From contig WGNX01000009.1 in the NCBI GenBank assembly GCA_016124335.1, positions 101,658-165,657 of the forward strand: a stretch of 64,000 bases of DNA. The letters are read 5' to 3'. The position numbers were made by a program, and so were the translations under genes. This stretch comes from Alphaproteobacteria bacterium. Its GTDB lineage: Bacteria > Pseudomonadota > Alphaproteobacteria > CACIAM-22H2. Shown piece after piece: positions 19,086-27,630 of the stretch. The notes under the pieces were generated by a model, which was not told the origin of the DNA, did no database searches, and was given only the letters and a program-made list of their open reading frames with translations. Each line of letters starts with the position of its first letter. The stretch's first letter is position 1.

Positions 19086-20309
19086 TCAGCGCGCGCTGCC
19101 GCCGACCATCGTGTCAACGAGCATGTTCTGGAAGTGATGGACGTTCTTTTCCCAGACGGGGGAAAAGACGACCTTGTCGGCGACCGGTGACTGGCGCGCG
19201 ATCTGCTGCTGCTCCCAGATCTTCATGTCCTGGCTGCGGATGCCGCCATAGTCGCGAAGCTTGCCGGTCTCGCCGAGCCAGCGTGAGAGCGTGCGCTTGC
19301 GCTGGCTGGCGAACTCCGGCGCAGTCGCCGCTTCGCCGACGAAGAAGAAGCCCATTTTCGACACCGTCCTGTCGGCGGCCACGGGATCGGCGATCACGGA
19401 GGCGAGGTGATCGGATTGCAGCGTCAGCGTCATGTTCGGGAAGACCACGCTCGTGCAGCGGACGCGCTTCTTGCCTTCCGGGAACGGGATGGCCGGCAGA
19501 TCGCCCACGGCCGGATAGAAGTCCTGGTCGCCGCGCCGCTTGAGCGTCACGACGGTGCCAAGCGGGATCGGCTCGGCAACCGGCTGGCCGGTCTCCATGT
19601 CGAGATCGTCCGACATTTTCGTGAAGACGTTCTTGTGGACCCAGACGTGGTGATAGGTCTCCCAGTTGTCGTTCTGCATTTTCCAGTTTCCGCTCCACGC
19701 CCAATCCTCGCGGTGGGCGATGCGCGTGGCGCCGAGATCGGCGCCCTGGATGAGTTCCTCGAGCGGGCGCACATGCTCTTCGAAGGTCGGCGCGTTGCCA
19801 TCGATATTGATGAAGACCCAATGGTGCCAGACCGCCGTGCGCACGGGTACGAGCCCGAGTTCGCCCAGATCGAGATTCGTGCGCTCGTTACCGCCCTTCG
19901 TGCCGTCGAAATACGGCGTCGACTTGAGCCTGCCGTCGAGATCGTAGGCCCATGCATGATAAGGGCACGAGAACTGCTTCAGATTTGAGCAGGGTTCGGT
20001 CACCATCATGGCGGCACGATGCCGGCAGACATTGTGAAAGACGCGGATCGTTCCGGCCCGGTCGCGAACGAGGATGAGCGGCAATCCGGCGGCCATGAGC
20101 GGGATTGCATCACCGGGATTGGGCACGTCGCTCGCGAAAGCGAGGCACATCCACGTGCGCGCGAACAGTTTCTTCTGTTCGAGGCGGAAAAACGCGTCGC
20201 TGGTATAGGCAAGCGCCGGCAATCCGCAAGCTTCGCCAATCGGTTTGCGAAGTCTGTCGATCGCTTCGGCACCGAGAATTTCGGCTACCGTCGATTCCGC
20301 AAGCGCCAT
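19086..20309 (-). CDS. Rieske non-heme iron oxygenase alpha subunit, glycine-betaine-demethylase (GbcA)/carnitine-monooxygenase-like
   Basis: Rieske CRHRAAMMVTEPCSNLKQFSCPYHAW; mononuclear Fe site NDNWETYHHVWVH; 407 aa. Confidence 0.8.
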   Translation of the reverse strand: MALAESTVAEILGAEAIDRLRKPIGEACGLPALAYTSDAFFRLEQKKLFARTWMCLAFASDVPNPGDAIPLMAAGLPLILVRDRAGTIRVFHNVCRHRAAMMVTEPCSNLKQFSCPYHAWAYDLDGRLKSTPYFDGTKGGNERTNLDLGELGLVPVRTAVWHHWVFINIDGNAPTFEEHVRPLEELIQGADLGATRIAHREDWAWSGNWKMQNDNWETYHHVWVHKNVFTKMSDDLDMETGQPVAEPIPLGTVVTLKRRGDQDFYPAVGDLPAIPFPEGKKRVRCTSVVFPNMTLTLQSDHLASVIADPVAADRTVSKMGFFFVGEAATAPEFASQRKRTLSRWLGETGKLRDYGGIRSQDMKIWEQQQIARQSPVADKVVFSPVWEKNVHHFQNMLVDTMVGGSAR

Positions 20310-20515
20310 CAGCCGCCTCCCGCGAGGTGATCGAACCCGCGGATACTATGCCAAAATCAGACCAACCCTATTTACATTTCATCGCGCGCCGCACCCGTCG
20401 AATTCCGGTGCCGGTGGTCCGCGAATTGCTCATGATGGCCGTTAACCTGCGGCACCGACACCCCCGAGATCGGACCGATGCAGAATTTGGAACAACATAT
20501 CCGGAACAAGACGGC

Positions 20516-21370
20516 ATGAAGGCGCGGTGGCAACTCGTGCTGCTGCCCTCGCTGCTGCTCTCGATGCTGCTGCTCGCGGCATCGCAGTTCGCCTTTCTGC
20601 GTGGCAGCTTCTTCAAGGACCTCCGGCTCGGTCGGCTCGGCGCGGACCTGACGATCGAGAACTATGTCCGCTTCTTCACCGACAGCCTCTATCTCGACTC
20701 GCTGCTTCTGACGGTCCGGCTGTCCGCGACGGTGGCATTGCTCACGCTCGTCATCGGATATCCAGTCGCCTACATCCTGGCGCGCATGCGCTCGCGCTGG
20801 TCGCTCGTGCTGCTTGCCGCGATCATCGCGGCGTCGTTCATCACGATCGTGATCAAGGTCCTGGGACTAATCATCATCTTTTCGAGCGGCGGCACGCTGA
20901 ACCGGCTTCTTCTCGCATCGGGCCTGATTGCCAAGCCGCTCACGATCATGGGGCAGACATCGGGCGTCGTCGTCGGCCTCATGCACTTCACGATGGGATT
21001 CGCGGTCCTGCTCCTCTACGGGGTCGTGCGTACAATCCCCCGCTCGCTCGAAGAGGCGGCGGAAGTTCACGGCGCGCCGCGCTGGCGCGTCTTCCAGCGG
21101 ATCATCATCCCGCTGAGCCTGCCCGGGATCGCGGTCACGTTCCTCATCGTCTTCAACCTGTGCATGGGGGCTTTCACGTCGGCGGCGCTCATCGGCGGGG
21201 GCAAGGTGTTCACGCTTCCGGTCCTGATCCAGCAGACCGTGATCATGCAGACGCGCTATGCGATGGGTGCGACGATCTCGGTCGTCCTTATGGTCGTCAC
21301 GCTGCTCATCAACGCGCTGTCGGTCGTGCTGATGGCGCGCCTTGACCGGCGAAAGACGGCCGTCGCATGA
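20516..21370 (+). CDS. ABC transporter permease, PotB-like
   Basis: 6-TM permease with EAA-like motif RSLEEAAEVHGA. The track ORF 20105..21370 over-extends the 5' end. Confidence 0.85.
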   Translation: MKARWQLVLLPSLLLSMLLLAASQFAFLRGSFFKDLRLGRLGADLTIENYVRFFTDSLYLDSLLLTVRLSATVALLTLVIGYPVAYILARMRSRWSLVLLAAIIAASFITIVIKVLGLIIIFSSGGTLNRLLLASGLIAKPLTIMGQTSGVVVGLMHFTMGFAVLLLYGVVRTIPRSLEEAAEVHGAPRWRVFQRIIIPLSLPGIAVTFLIVFNLCMGAFTSAALIGGGKVFTLPVLIQQTVIMQTRYAMGATISVVLMVVTLLINALSVVLMARLDRRKTAVA

Positions 21371-22206
21371 GCGCGCGCTCCCCCGCCGTGCGGTTGCGCC
21401 GCGCTGCCGCGGCGACATGGGTCGGACTCGCCTTCGCGTTCCTTTTCGCGCCGCTGGTCGTCGTGATCGGCGCCTCGCTCGACGGCGGGGAGCGCACGTT
21501 CCTCAATTTCCCGCCGCAACACCCCTCCCTCCACTGGTACACGCGCATATCGCCGGACCTGTTCGAGGCGCTCGGCATCAGCATCGTGCTGGGACTGACA
21601 ACGGCGTTCATCGCGTGCCTTCTCGGCGTGCCGGCGGCGCTGGGGCTTGTCCGCGCGCAGTTCCGTGGCAAGGCGATCGTCGCCGCCCTCTTCCGTGCTC
21701 CGCTGCAGATCCCGGCTGTCGTCGTCGGCGTGTCGTTCCTGAAACTCTACTATTCGATCGGCGGCGCAACGGACACATACCTCGGCGGCACACTGGCTGG
21801 CCTCGTGATCGCGCACGTCTTCCTCGCCACACCTTATGTGATAGGAACGGTGTCGGCGGTCCTCCAGCGTTTCAATCTTCGCCTCGAGGAGGCCGCGCTG
21901 AGCCTGGGGGCAACGCGCTGGCGCACGTTCCGGCGCGTGACGCTGCCGGTGATCATGCCGGGCGTCTATGCGGGCGGGATGTACGCCTTTCTCATTTCCT
22001 TCGGCGACGTGCCGGTCTCGCTCTTCCTCGGGGCGGGCGACATGCAGCCCTTCGCGGCCAAGATATTCCATCTCATGGAGTTCGATTTCGACCCCACGCT
22101 GCTGGCGATCTCGACCCTCATCATCTTCGGGTCGCTCGGCGCGATCTATCTGCTGCAGCGCGCCGTCGGGCTCGAGACGCTCAGCCGTTCGGGCGGCGGA
22201 AACTGA
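21367..22206 (+). CDS. ABC transporter permease, PotC-like
   Basis: EAA motif LRLEEAALSLGATRW; start overlaps the potB-like stop (ATGA). Confidence 0.85.
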   Translation: MSARSPAVRLRRAAAATWVGLAFAFLFAPLVVVIGASLDGGERTFLNFPPQHPSLHWYTRISPDLFEALGISIVLGLTTAFIACLLGVPAALGLVRAQFRGKAIVAALFRAPLQIPAVVVGVSFLKLYYSIGGATDTYLGGTLAGLVIAHVFLATPYVIGTVSAVLQRFNLRLEEAALSLGATRWRTFRRVTLPVIMPGVYAGGMYAFLISFGDVPVSLFLGAGDMQPFAAKIFHLMEFDFDPTLLAISTLIIFGSLGAIYLLQRAVGLETLSRSGGGN

Positions 22207-22238
22207 CCGATCAATCACACGACAACAGGAGGCATGCG

Positions 22239-23321
22239 ATGCGCAACATCCGTAGACGGCAGCTACTCGGCGGCATCGCCGCGGTTTCGACGTTCGCGAT
22301 CATGCGGAGACCGGCAGACGCCCAGCAGGCACGGTTCGACGGCGTAACACTTCGCGTCGCGACGTTCGGTGGCGGCTGGGACAAGGCCGTCCACAAGTAT
22401 GCAGGCGTCAAGCTCGAGGAACTTGGCGCCAAGGTCGAATACGTGACCGCCCCGCCGCGCGACAACCTTGCCAAGCTGATCGCCGCGAAAGGCCGGCCCG
22501 CCCCCTTCGATGTGGTCGAGATGGGCGACCTCACCTGGGTCGACACCTACGAGGGCGGCTTCATCCAGAAGATCGACCTGTCGAACATCCCCAACCGCAA
22601 GGATCTTCTGCCCACGCAGTCGGACGACTGGAAGGTCGCAAGCTGGGTCACGCAGGAAGGCATCGTCTATAACGCCGAGAAATTCGCCGAAAACGGGATA
22701 CCGAAGCCGGAGCGCTACAGGGACCTGCTCCATCCGAAGCTTGCCGGAAAGCTCTGCCTCATCGATATCTCGCAGGCGGGTGCCTCGCAGCTTCTCGTCG
22801 GCGCGTCGCTCGACGACGGCGGAAGCATGACCAACATCGAACCGGCGTTGAAGTTCGTGAAGGAAGCGAACCCGCTCCAGTTCTGGAAGGTCGGCGCACA
22901 GGCCGTGACGCTGATGAAGTCGGGCGACATCTGGGCGTCGACCATGCATGCCGGGTTCGCCGTCCAGATGAAGAAGGCCGGCCTGCCGGTCGCGTTCTGC
23001 CATCCCAAGGTCGGCGCCACGAAGCGCGGGCTCCTGAAGGAAGGCTGGCTTGGCGTCGTCAAGGGAACGCCCGTGCCGCGCGCCGCTGAGTTCTTCATCA
23101 ATGAATATGTCTCGGCGTCAGCCCAGCTCGGGCTGGCGCGCGAACGCGGCATCGTGCCGGTCAACGGCAAGGCCCGCGTACCGCTCGGCGAGGACCCGAT
23201 CTTGAAGGAAATGTTCCTTCTGAGCGATGCGGATGTCGCAAACATGGTGTCCGTCGACTTCAATGTGTTTAATCTCGATGAAGCCACCCAGCGCTGGACC
23301 CGGACTGTCGGGGCCCGCTGA
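22239..23321 (+). CDS. ABC transporter substrate-binding protein, PotD/PotF (polyamine/opine/aminoethylphosphonate) family
   Basis: A twin-arginine-like leader MRNIRRRQLLGGIAAVSTFA with an AGGAGG RBS; 360 aa. The track ORF 21342..23321 is a frame fusion. Confidence 0.85.
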   Translation: MRNIRRRQLLGGIAAVSTFAIMRRPADAQQARFDGVTLRVATFGGGWDKAVHKYAGVKLEELGAKVEYVTAPPRDNLAKLIAAKGRPAPFDVVEMGDLTWVDTYEGGFIQKIDLSNIPNRKDLLPTQSDDWKVASWVTQEGIVYNAEKFAENGIPKPERYRDLLHPKLAGKLCLIDISQAGASQLLVGASLDDGGSMTNIEPALKFVKEANPLQFWKVGAQAVTLMKSGDIWASTMHAGFAVQMKKAGLPVAFCHPKVGATKRGLLKEGWLGVVKGTPVPRAAEFFINEYVSASAQLGLARERGIVPVNGKARVPLGEDPILKEMFLLSDADVANMVSVDFNVFNLDEATQRWTRTVGAR

Positions 23322-23335
23322 ACATCCGAGGTTGA

Positions 23336-24310
23336 ATGCGCATCGCCGTCGTCGGCGCCGGCGCGATCGGCGGAGCCATCGCGCATGCGCTCGCCGTCGC
23401 CGGCATGAACCCGCTCCTCGTCGCGCGCGGCGATACCGCCAAAGCCGTCGCGCGCGACGGGTTGCGGGTCGTGCGGGACGGCAAGACGGAACTGTCGCGA
23501 CCGGCGGTTCTCGAAACGACGCAGGGTGCCGCGCCCTGCGACGTGGTGATCGGTACCGCCAAGGCCCATGATTGGGCGGCAATGGCGGGGGCGATCCGGC
23601 CACTGGTGGGACCCCGGACAGCCGTGCTGCCCGCGATCAATGGCATTCCCTGGTGGTTTTTCCGCGGGATGGGCGGCGCGCATCGAGACACCCGGCTTGG
23701 GAGCCTTGATCCGTCCGGCGAACTTACGGCAACGTTTGCACCCGAAAATATCGTCGGCTGCGTCGTCTACATGGCGGCCTCGCGGCCAGCGCCCGGTGTC
23801 GTCGAATGGCCCACGGGCCGTCGGCTTGTCATCGGCGGCATTTCACCGGATTGCGTAGGCGATATAGCCGCGATCGCGCGGCTTTTGCGCTCGGCCGGCC
23901 TCGAGATCGACGAAGCGACAGACATCCGCCGCGAGGTATGGATGAAGCTGCTCGGCAATGCCGGCTTCAATTCCGTTTCCGCACTCACGCGCGCGACGGT
24001 TGTCGAAATTCTCGACGATCCGGATCTGCGTGCGATTTGCGCCGACACGATCCGCGAGTTGAAGGCGGTTGCGTCCGCCAGCGGCACCGATCTCGACATC
24101 AACGTCGAAGCGCGTCTCGAGGCTGCCCGGCGGCTCGGACATTTCAAGACATCGACGCTGCAGGATTTCGAGGCCGGGCGGCCGCTCGAGATCGCGGCCC
24201 TCCTCGACGCGCCGGCGGAAATCGGCGCGATGACCGGCGTGTCGACCCCGGTCCTCGCCACGCTGGCGCGGCTCCTTCGCCGCGCTGCGGCCAGCCGCAA
24301 AGGCGCATGA
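23336..24310 (+). CDS. 2-dehydropantoate 2-reductase (ApbA/PanE) family NADP oxidoreductase
   Basis: MRIAVVGAGAIGG Rossmann start plus the conserved KLLGNAGFNS...TSTLQD C-domain. Confidence 0.8.
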   Translation: MRIAVVGAGAIGGAIAHALAVAGMNPLLVARGDTAKAVARDGLRVVRDGKTELSRPAVLETTQGAAPCDVVIGTAKAHDWAAMAGAIRPLVGPRTAVLPAINGIPWWFFRGMGGAHRDTRLGSLDPSGELTATFAPENIVGCVVYMAASRPAPGVVEWPTGRRLVIGGISPDCVGDIAAIARLLRSAGLEIDEATDIRREVWMKLLGNAGFNSVSALTRATVVEILDDPDLRAICADTIRELKAVASASGTDLDINVEARLEAARRLGHFKTSTLQDFEAGRPLEIAALLDAPAEIGAMTGVSTPVLATLARLLRRAAASRKGA

Positions 24311-24401
24311 ACCGCGCCGTTCCAAGGCCCACTCAAACTCATTCGACAGTCGCAAAAGCTGCGCCTAACGTCGTCCTGAACCCGAAAGGGACGCAAGGCC
24401 C

Positions 24402-25538
24402 ATGACGAAAACCGCCCCGCCCCCCGGGTCCGCGATGTCGCTCGATTGGGCGGCTGCAAACATCCGCAGCCTGCCGCCGTACAAAGGGCCCGCCACGTTC
24501 GCGGATTTCCCGGATGCCGCATCGCGTCCGCGGCTCATCCACTTGAACGAGTCTCCCTATCCGCCCTCGCCGCGTGTCGGCGAAGCGATGTCGGCGGCCA
24601 TGCACGATCTCAATCGCTATCCCGACATCTTCGGTCGCGCGCTGGTTCGCCGGCTTTCCGCCGCAACTGGCACTGCCGAACAGCGCATCGTGCTTGGCTG
24701 CGGCAGCGACGAGCTGATCCATTTCGCGACGGTCGTTTCACTATCCCCGGGCGATGAGGCGGTCGTCCCCGCGCCGAGCTTTCCGCGCTACGCGCTATCC
24801 GCGCGTCTGGCAGGTGCCGCCGTGAAGCGCGTGAAACTCGACCCGGGCGGTGCCTGCGATCCGGACGGGCTGGTTGCGGCAATCGGGCCGCGCACGCGGC
24901 TCGTTGTCTGCTGCACGCCGAACCCGCCTTCCGGCGGCATGATGACGGCAGAGGCCATCGCGGCCGTCGCGAAAGGCGTACCCGATGACGTGCTCCTGCT
25001 CATGGACGAGGCCTATTGCGAATTCGGCCGCCATGCCGGCGGGCCGGACGTGCTTTCCGCCATGCGTCGGCGCAAGGGGCCGTGGCTTGTCACGCGCACC
25101 TTCTCCAAGGCGTATGCATGCGCCGCCCTCCGCGTCGGTTACGCGCTGTGCGGAGACGACAGCGTCGCCGAGGCCTTCCGCCGCGCGAAACTTCAATTCA
25201 ATGTTCCTACGCTGAGCCAAATCGGCGCACTGGCGGCCTACGAAGACGAAGCCTATCTCGCGCACATGCTCGACAGGATCGGCGCAGAACGGGACCGGCT
25301 CGCGAAGGGACTTGCGCAGCTCGGCCTGCGCGTGCTGCCGAGCGCGGCCAATTTCGTGTCCTGCATTCTCGACGGGCCGGCGGCGAAAGCGATGGCGGCT
25401 CTCGAAGTACGCGGCATCTTCGTTCGCGACTGGCGTGATCCCGACCACTTGAGCGAATTGCGCATCGGCATCGGCACGCCGGACGATACGGGCGCCACGC
25501 TTGAAGCGCTCGGAACTTATTTGCGAGGTGACGCGTGA
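24402..25538 (+). CDS. Class I/II PLP aminotransferase, histidinol-phosphate/aromatic aminotransferase (HisC)-like
   Basis: YP(D/S)....L, TFSKAYACAALRVGY (the PLP-lysine region), ...NVP..SQ. 378 aa. Confidence 0.8.
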   Translation: MTKTAPPPGSAMSLDWAAANIRSLPPYKGPATFADFPDAASRPRLIHLNESPYPPSPRVGEAMSAAMHDLNRYPDIFGRALVRRLSAATGTAEQRIVLGCGSDELIHFATVVSLSPGDEAVVPAPSFPRYALSARLAGAAVKRVKLDPGGACDPDGLVAAIGPRTRLVVCCTPNPPSGGMMTAEAIAAVAKGVPDDVLLLMDEAYCEFGRHAGGPDVLSAMRRRKGPWLVTRTFSKAYACAALRVGYALCGDDSVAEAFRRAKLQFNVPTLSQIGALAAYEDEAYLAHMLDRIGAERDRLAKGLAQLGLRVLPSAANFVSCILDGPAAKAMAALEVRGIFVRDWRDPDHLSELRIGIGTPDDTGATLEALGTYLRGDA

Positions 25539-26053
25539 CCGGCGTGCCGCCCAGCGGAGCGCGAATCATCGCGGCGCTCAAGTCCGCCGGCGTCGGCTTT
25601 GTCGTGGCCGTGCCCGACATCGTCACCAGCGACGGGCTGCTTTGGCCGATTTCGCGCGATCCCGATTTTCGCCTGGTACGGATGTGCAAGGAAGACGAAG
25701 GGGTCGCGATATGCACGGGCCTCGCTTTTTCGGGCCGGCGTTCGGTGATGCTGATCCAGCAGACTGGATTTCTCGATTCGATCAACGCGATCCGCGCCGT
25801 CGGGGTCGAATACGAGCAGCCCGTCGTGATGCTCGTCGGCCTGCAGGGCAAAGAACCCGGCGTGGCGCCGTCGAAGTCGAAGAAAGTCTCCGTCAACATC
25901 GTCGAGCCGATCCTCGACACGATGGGCATCGCACGCCATCTCGTCGAGACCGATGCCGACGTCGAAGCCGTGGCGCCGGCAATCGAGAATGCCTATGCGG
26001 CCTCGCGCCCCGTGTGCGTGCTGATCGGCCAGCCGCCGACGGCGGCGTCATGA
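25535..26053 (+). CDS. Thiamine-diphosphate enzyme alpha subunit (sulfopyruvate/phosphonopyruvate decarboxylase ComD/Ppd N-terminal type)
   Basis: 172-aa TPP N-terminal pyrimidine-binding domain (CKEDEGVAICTGLAFSG), overlapping the next gene by ATGA. Confidence 0.7.
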   Translation: MTGVPPSGARIIAALKSAGVGFVVAVPDIVTSDGLLWPISRDPDFRLVRMCKEDEGVAICTGLAFSGRRSVMLIQQTGFLDSINAIRAVGVEYEQPVVMLVGLQGKEPGVAPSKSKKVSVNIVEPILDTMGIARHLVETDADVEAVAPAIENAYAASRPVCVLIGQPPTAAS

Positions 26054-26613
26054 TGAAGCGCGATGAATGCCTGAAGGCGCTCGCCCGCCACGTGCGCGAG
26101 GAAGCAATCGTCGCGACCTATCAGGCGGCGTTCGACTGGATGCGGATCGCGCTACGCGACCTCAATTACCTTTCAATCGGCGCGATGGGTCTTGCGTCGT
26201 CGCACGGGCTGGGACTGGCGCTTGGCCGGCCGGACCGGCGCGTCATCGTCCTCGACGGGGACGGAAGCCTTCTCATGAATCTGGGCAGCCTCACGACAAT
26301 CGCGGCCAGTGCGCCTGCGAATTTCGTGCATCTGGTTTTCGTCAACGGGGTGTACGAAGCGAACGGGAGCCATCCGCTCCCCGGCCGCGATCGGCTCGAT
26401 TTCGCGACGGTCGCGCACGGTTCGGGCATTGCCGATACCGGGACCATCTCGACCCTCGAAGCATTCGAGGCGGAGATCCCGTGGCTCCTGACCGGGCCCG
26501 GCCCGATCTTTCGCGCGCTGAAGGTCGTTGCCGGCGAGCCGAGCCCGCAGGACTACGCATATATCCACGGTGCAGAGACCCGCGCGCGGTTCCGCGCCGC
26601 TTTCGCGCGCTAG
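26050..26613 (+). CDS. Thiamine-diphosphate enzyme beta subunit (ComE/Ppd C-terminal type)
   Basis: TPP-binding GDGS...N motif, VIVLDGDGSLLMNLGSL; 187 aa. Confidence 0.7.
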   Translation: MMKRDECLKALARHVREEAIVATYQAAFDWMRIALRDLNYLSIGAMGLASSHGLGLALGRPDRRVIVLDGDGSLLMNLGSLTTIAASAPANFVHLVFVNGVYEANGSHPLPGRDRLDFATVAHGSGIADTGTISTLEAFEAEIPWLLTGPGPIFRALKVVAGEPSPQDYAYIHGAETRARFRAAFAR

Positions 26614-27554
26614 GCGGCTGCCGGCGGCCGCAGCCGCGTCGATGCCTTCGCCTCGTCGACAACCCATTCTCGGAAAGCCGCGATTTTCGGCGTCGCCAGC
26701 GCGCGCGCCGGGCAGACGAAATAGTGCGCGTAGCCGCTGGGCACCGACAGGTCGAACGGGCGCACGAGGCGGCCCGCCGCCAGATCGTCGACGACCAGCG
26801 GAGATCGGCCGAGCGCAACGCCCAGCCCCTCGATCGCGGCCTGGATCGACATGTTCGACTGGCCGAACCGCCGGCCTTTCGAGATATCCACGCCGGAAAC
26901 CCCGGCCGCATCCAACCATGTCCGCCAACCGGGCGTACGGCCGTCAAGTTGCAGGATGTCGTCGTGCAGAAGCGGTGTCCGCGCAAGGTCGCCCGGCGCG
27001 CGGAGCGCCTTCGCGCCCTTCAGCAGTCGCGGCGAGCAGACCGGGAACATGTCCTCATCGAGGATTTTCTCGACATGCAGGCCCGGATATCGGCCGGTGC
27101 CGTAGCGGATTGCCACATCCACTTCGCCGGCCGAGAAATCGGCAAGCTGGCCGGTCGTGGCGATCGCGAGCTCGATTTCCGGGTAGCGTTCGTCGAAACG
27201 GATCAGGCGCGGAAACAGCCATTTGACGGCAAAACCCGGCAGCGTCGAAACCGTCAATCGCGGGCCGCTATCCATGCGGGTCAGTTCGCGCAGCGCCTGT
27301 GCCACGACGCCAAGCCCCTCGCGTACGGACGTCGCGAGCTTCTCGCCCTTGACCGTCAGGACGATCCGGCGCGGTTCGCGATGGAACAGCTCGAATCCGA
27401 GTTGATCCTCAAGGCTGTGGATCTGGTGGCTGATGGCGCTCTGGGTCAGCCCCAGTTCGTCGGCCGCCATCGTGAAGCTCTTGAGACGCGCGGCGGCCTC
27501 GAAGGCGCGCAGCGCCGAAATCGGGGGCAAATTACGCAGGGGCGAAGCTGCCAT
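26610..27554 (-). CDS. LysR-family transcriptional regulator (GcvA-like)
   Basis: HTH ISALRAFEAAARLKSFTMAADELGLTQSAISHQI; divergent from the 2OG oxygenase at 27631. Confidence 0.9.
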   Translation of the reverse strand: MAASPLRNLPPISALRAFEAAARLKSFTMAADELGLTQSAISHQIHSLEDQLGFELFHREPRRIVLTVKGEKLATSVREGLGVVAQALRELTRMDSGPRLTVSTLPGFAVKWLFPRLIRFDERYPEIELAIATTGQLADFSAGEVDVAIRYGTGRYPGLHVEKILDEDMFPVCSPRLLKGAKALRAPGDLARTPLLHDDILQLDGRTPGWRTWLDAAGVSGVDISKGRRFGQSNMSIQAAIEGLGVALGRSPLVVDDLAAGRLVRPFDLSVPSGYAHYFVCPARALATPKIAAFREWVVDEAKASTRLRPPAAA

Positions 27555-27630
27555 GAATTTCGCTCACTTGTAGGGGCTGGAAAACCGGGGGAGTATCGAT
27601 ATCCACAATATTTCCACATGAACAGACCAG

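Noticed and set aside
25535-26613. Calling the split TPP enzyme phosphonopyruvate decarboxylase and the island a phosphonate biosynthesis cluster
   Set aside because: No PEP mutase, AEP transaminase of the class-V type, or phosphonatase is present; the assignment is left at the family level.
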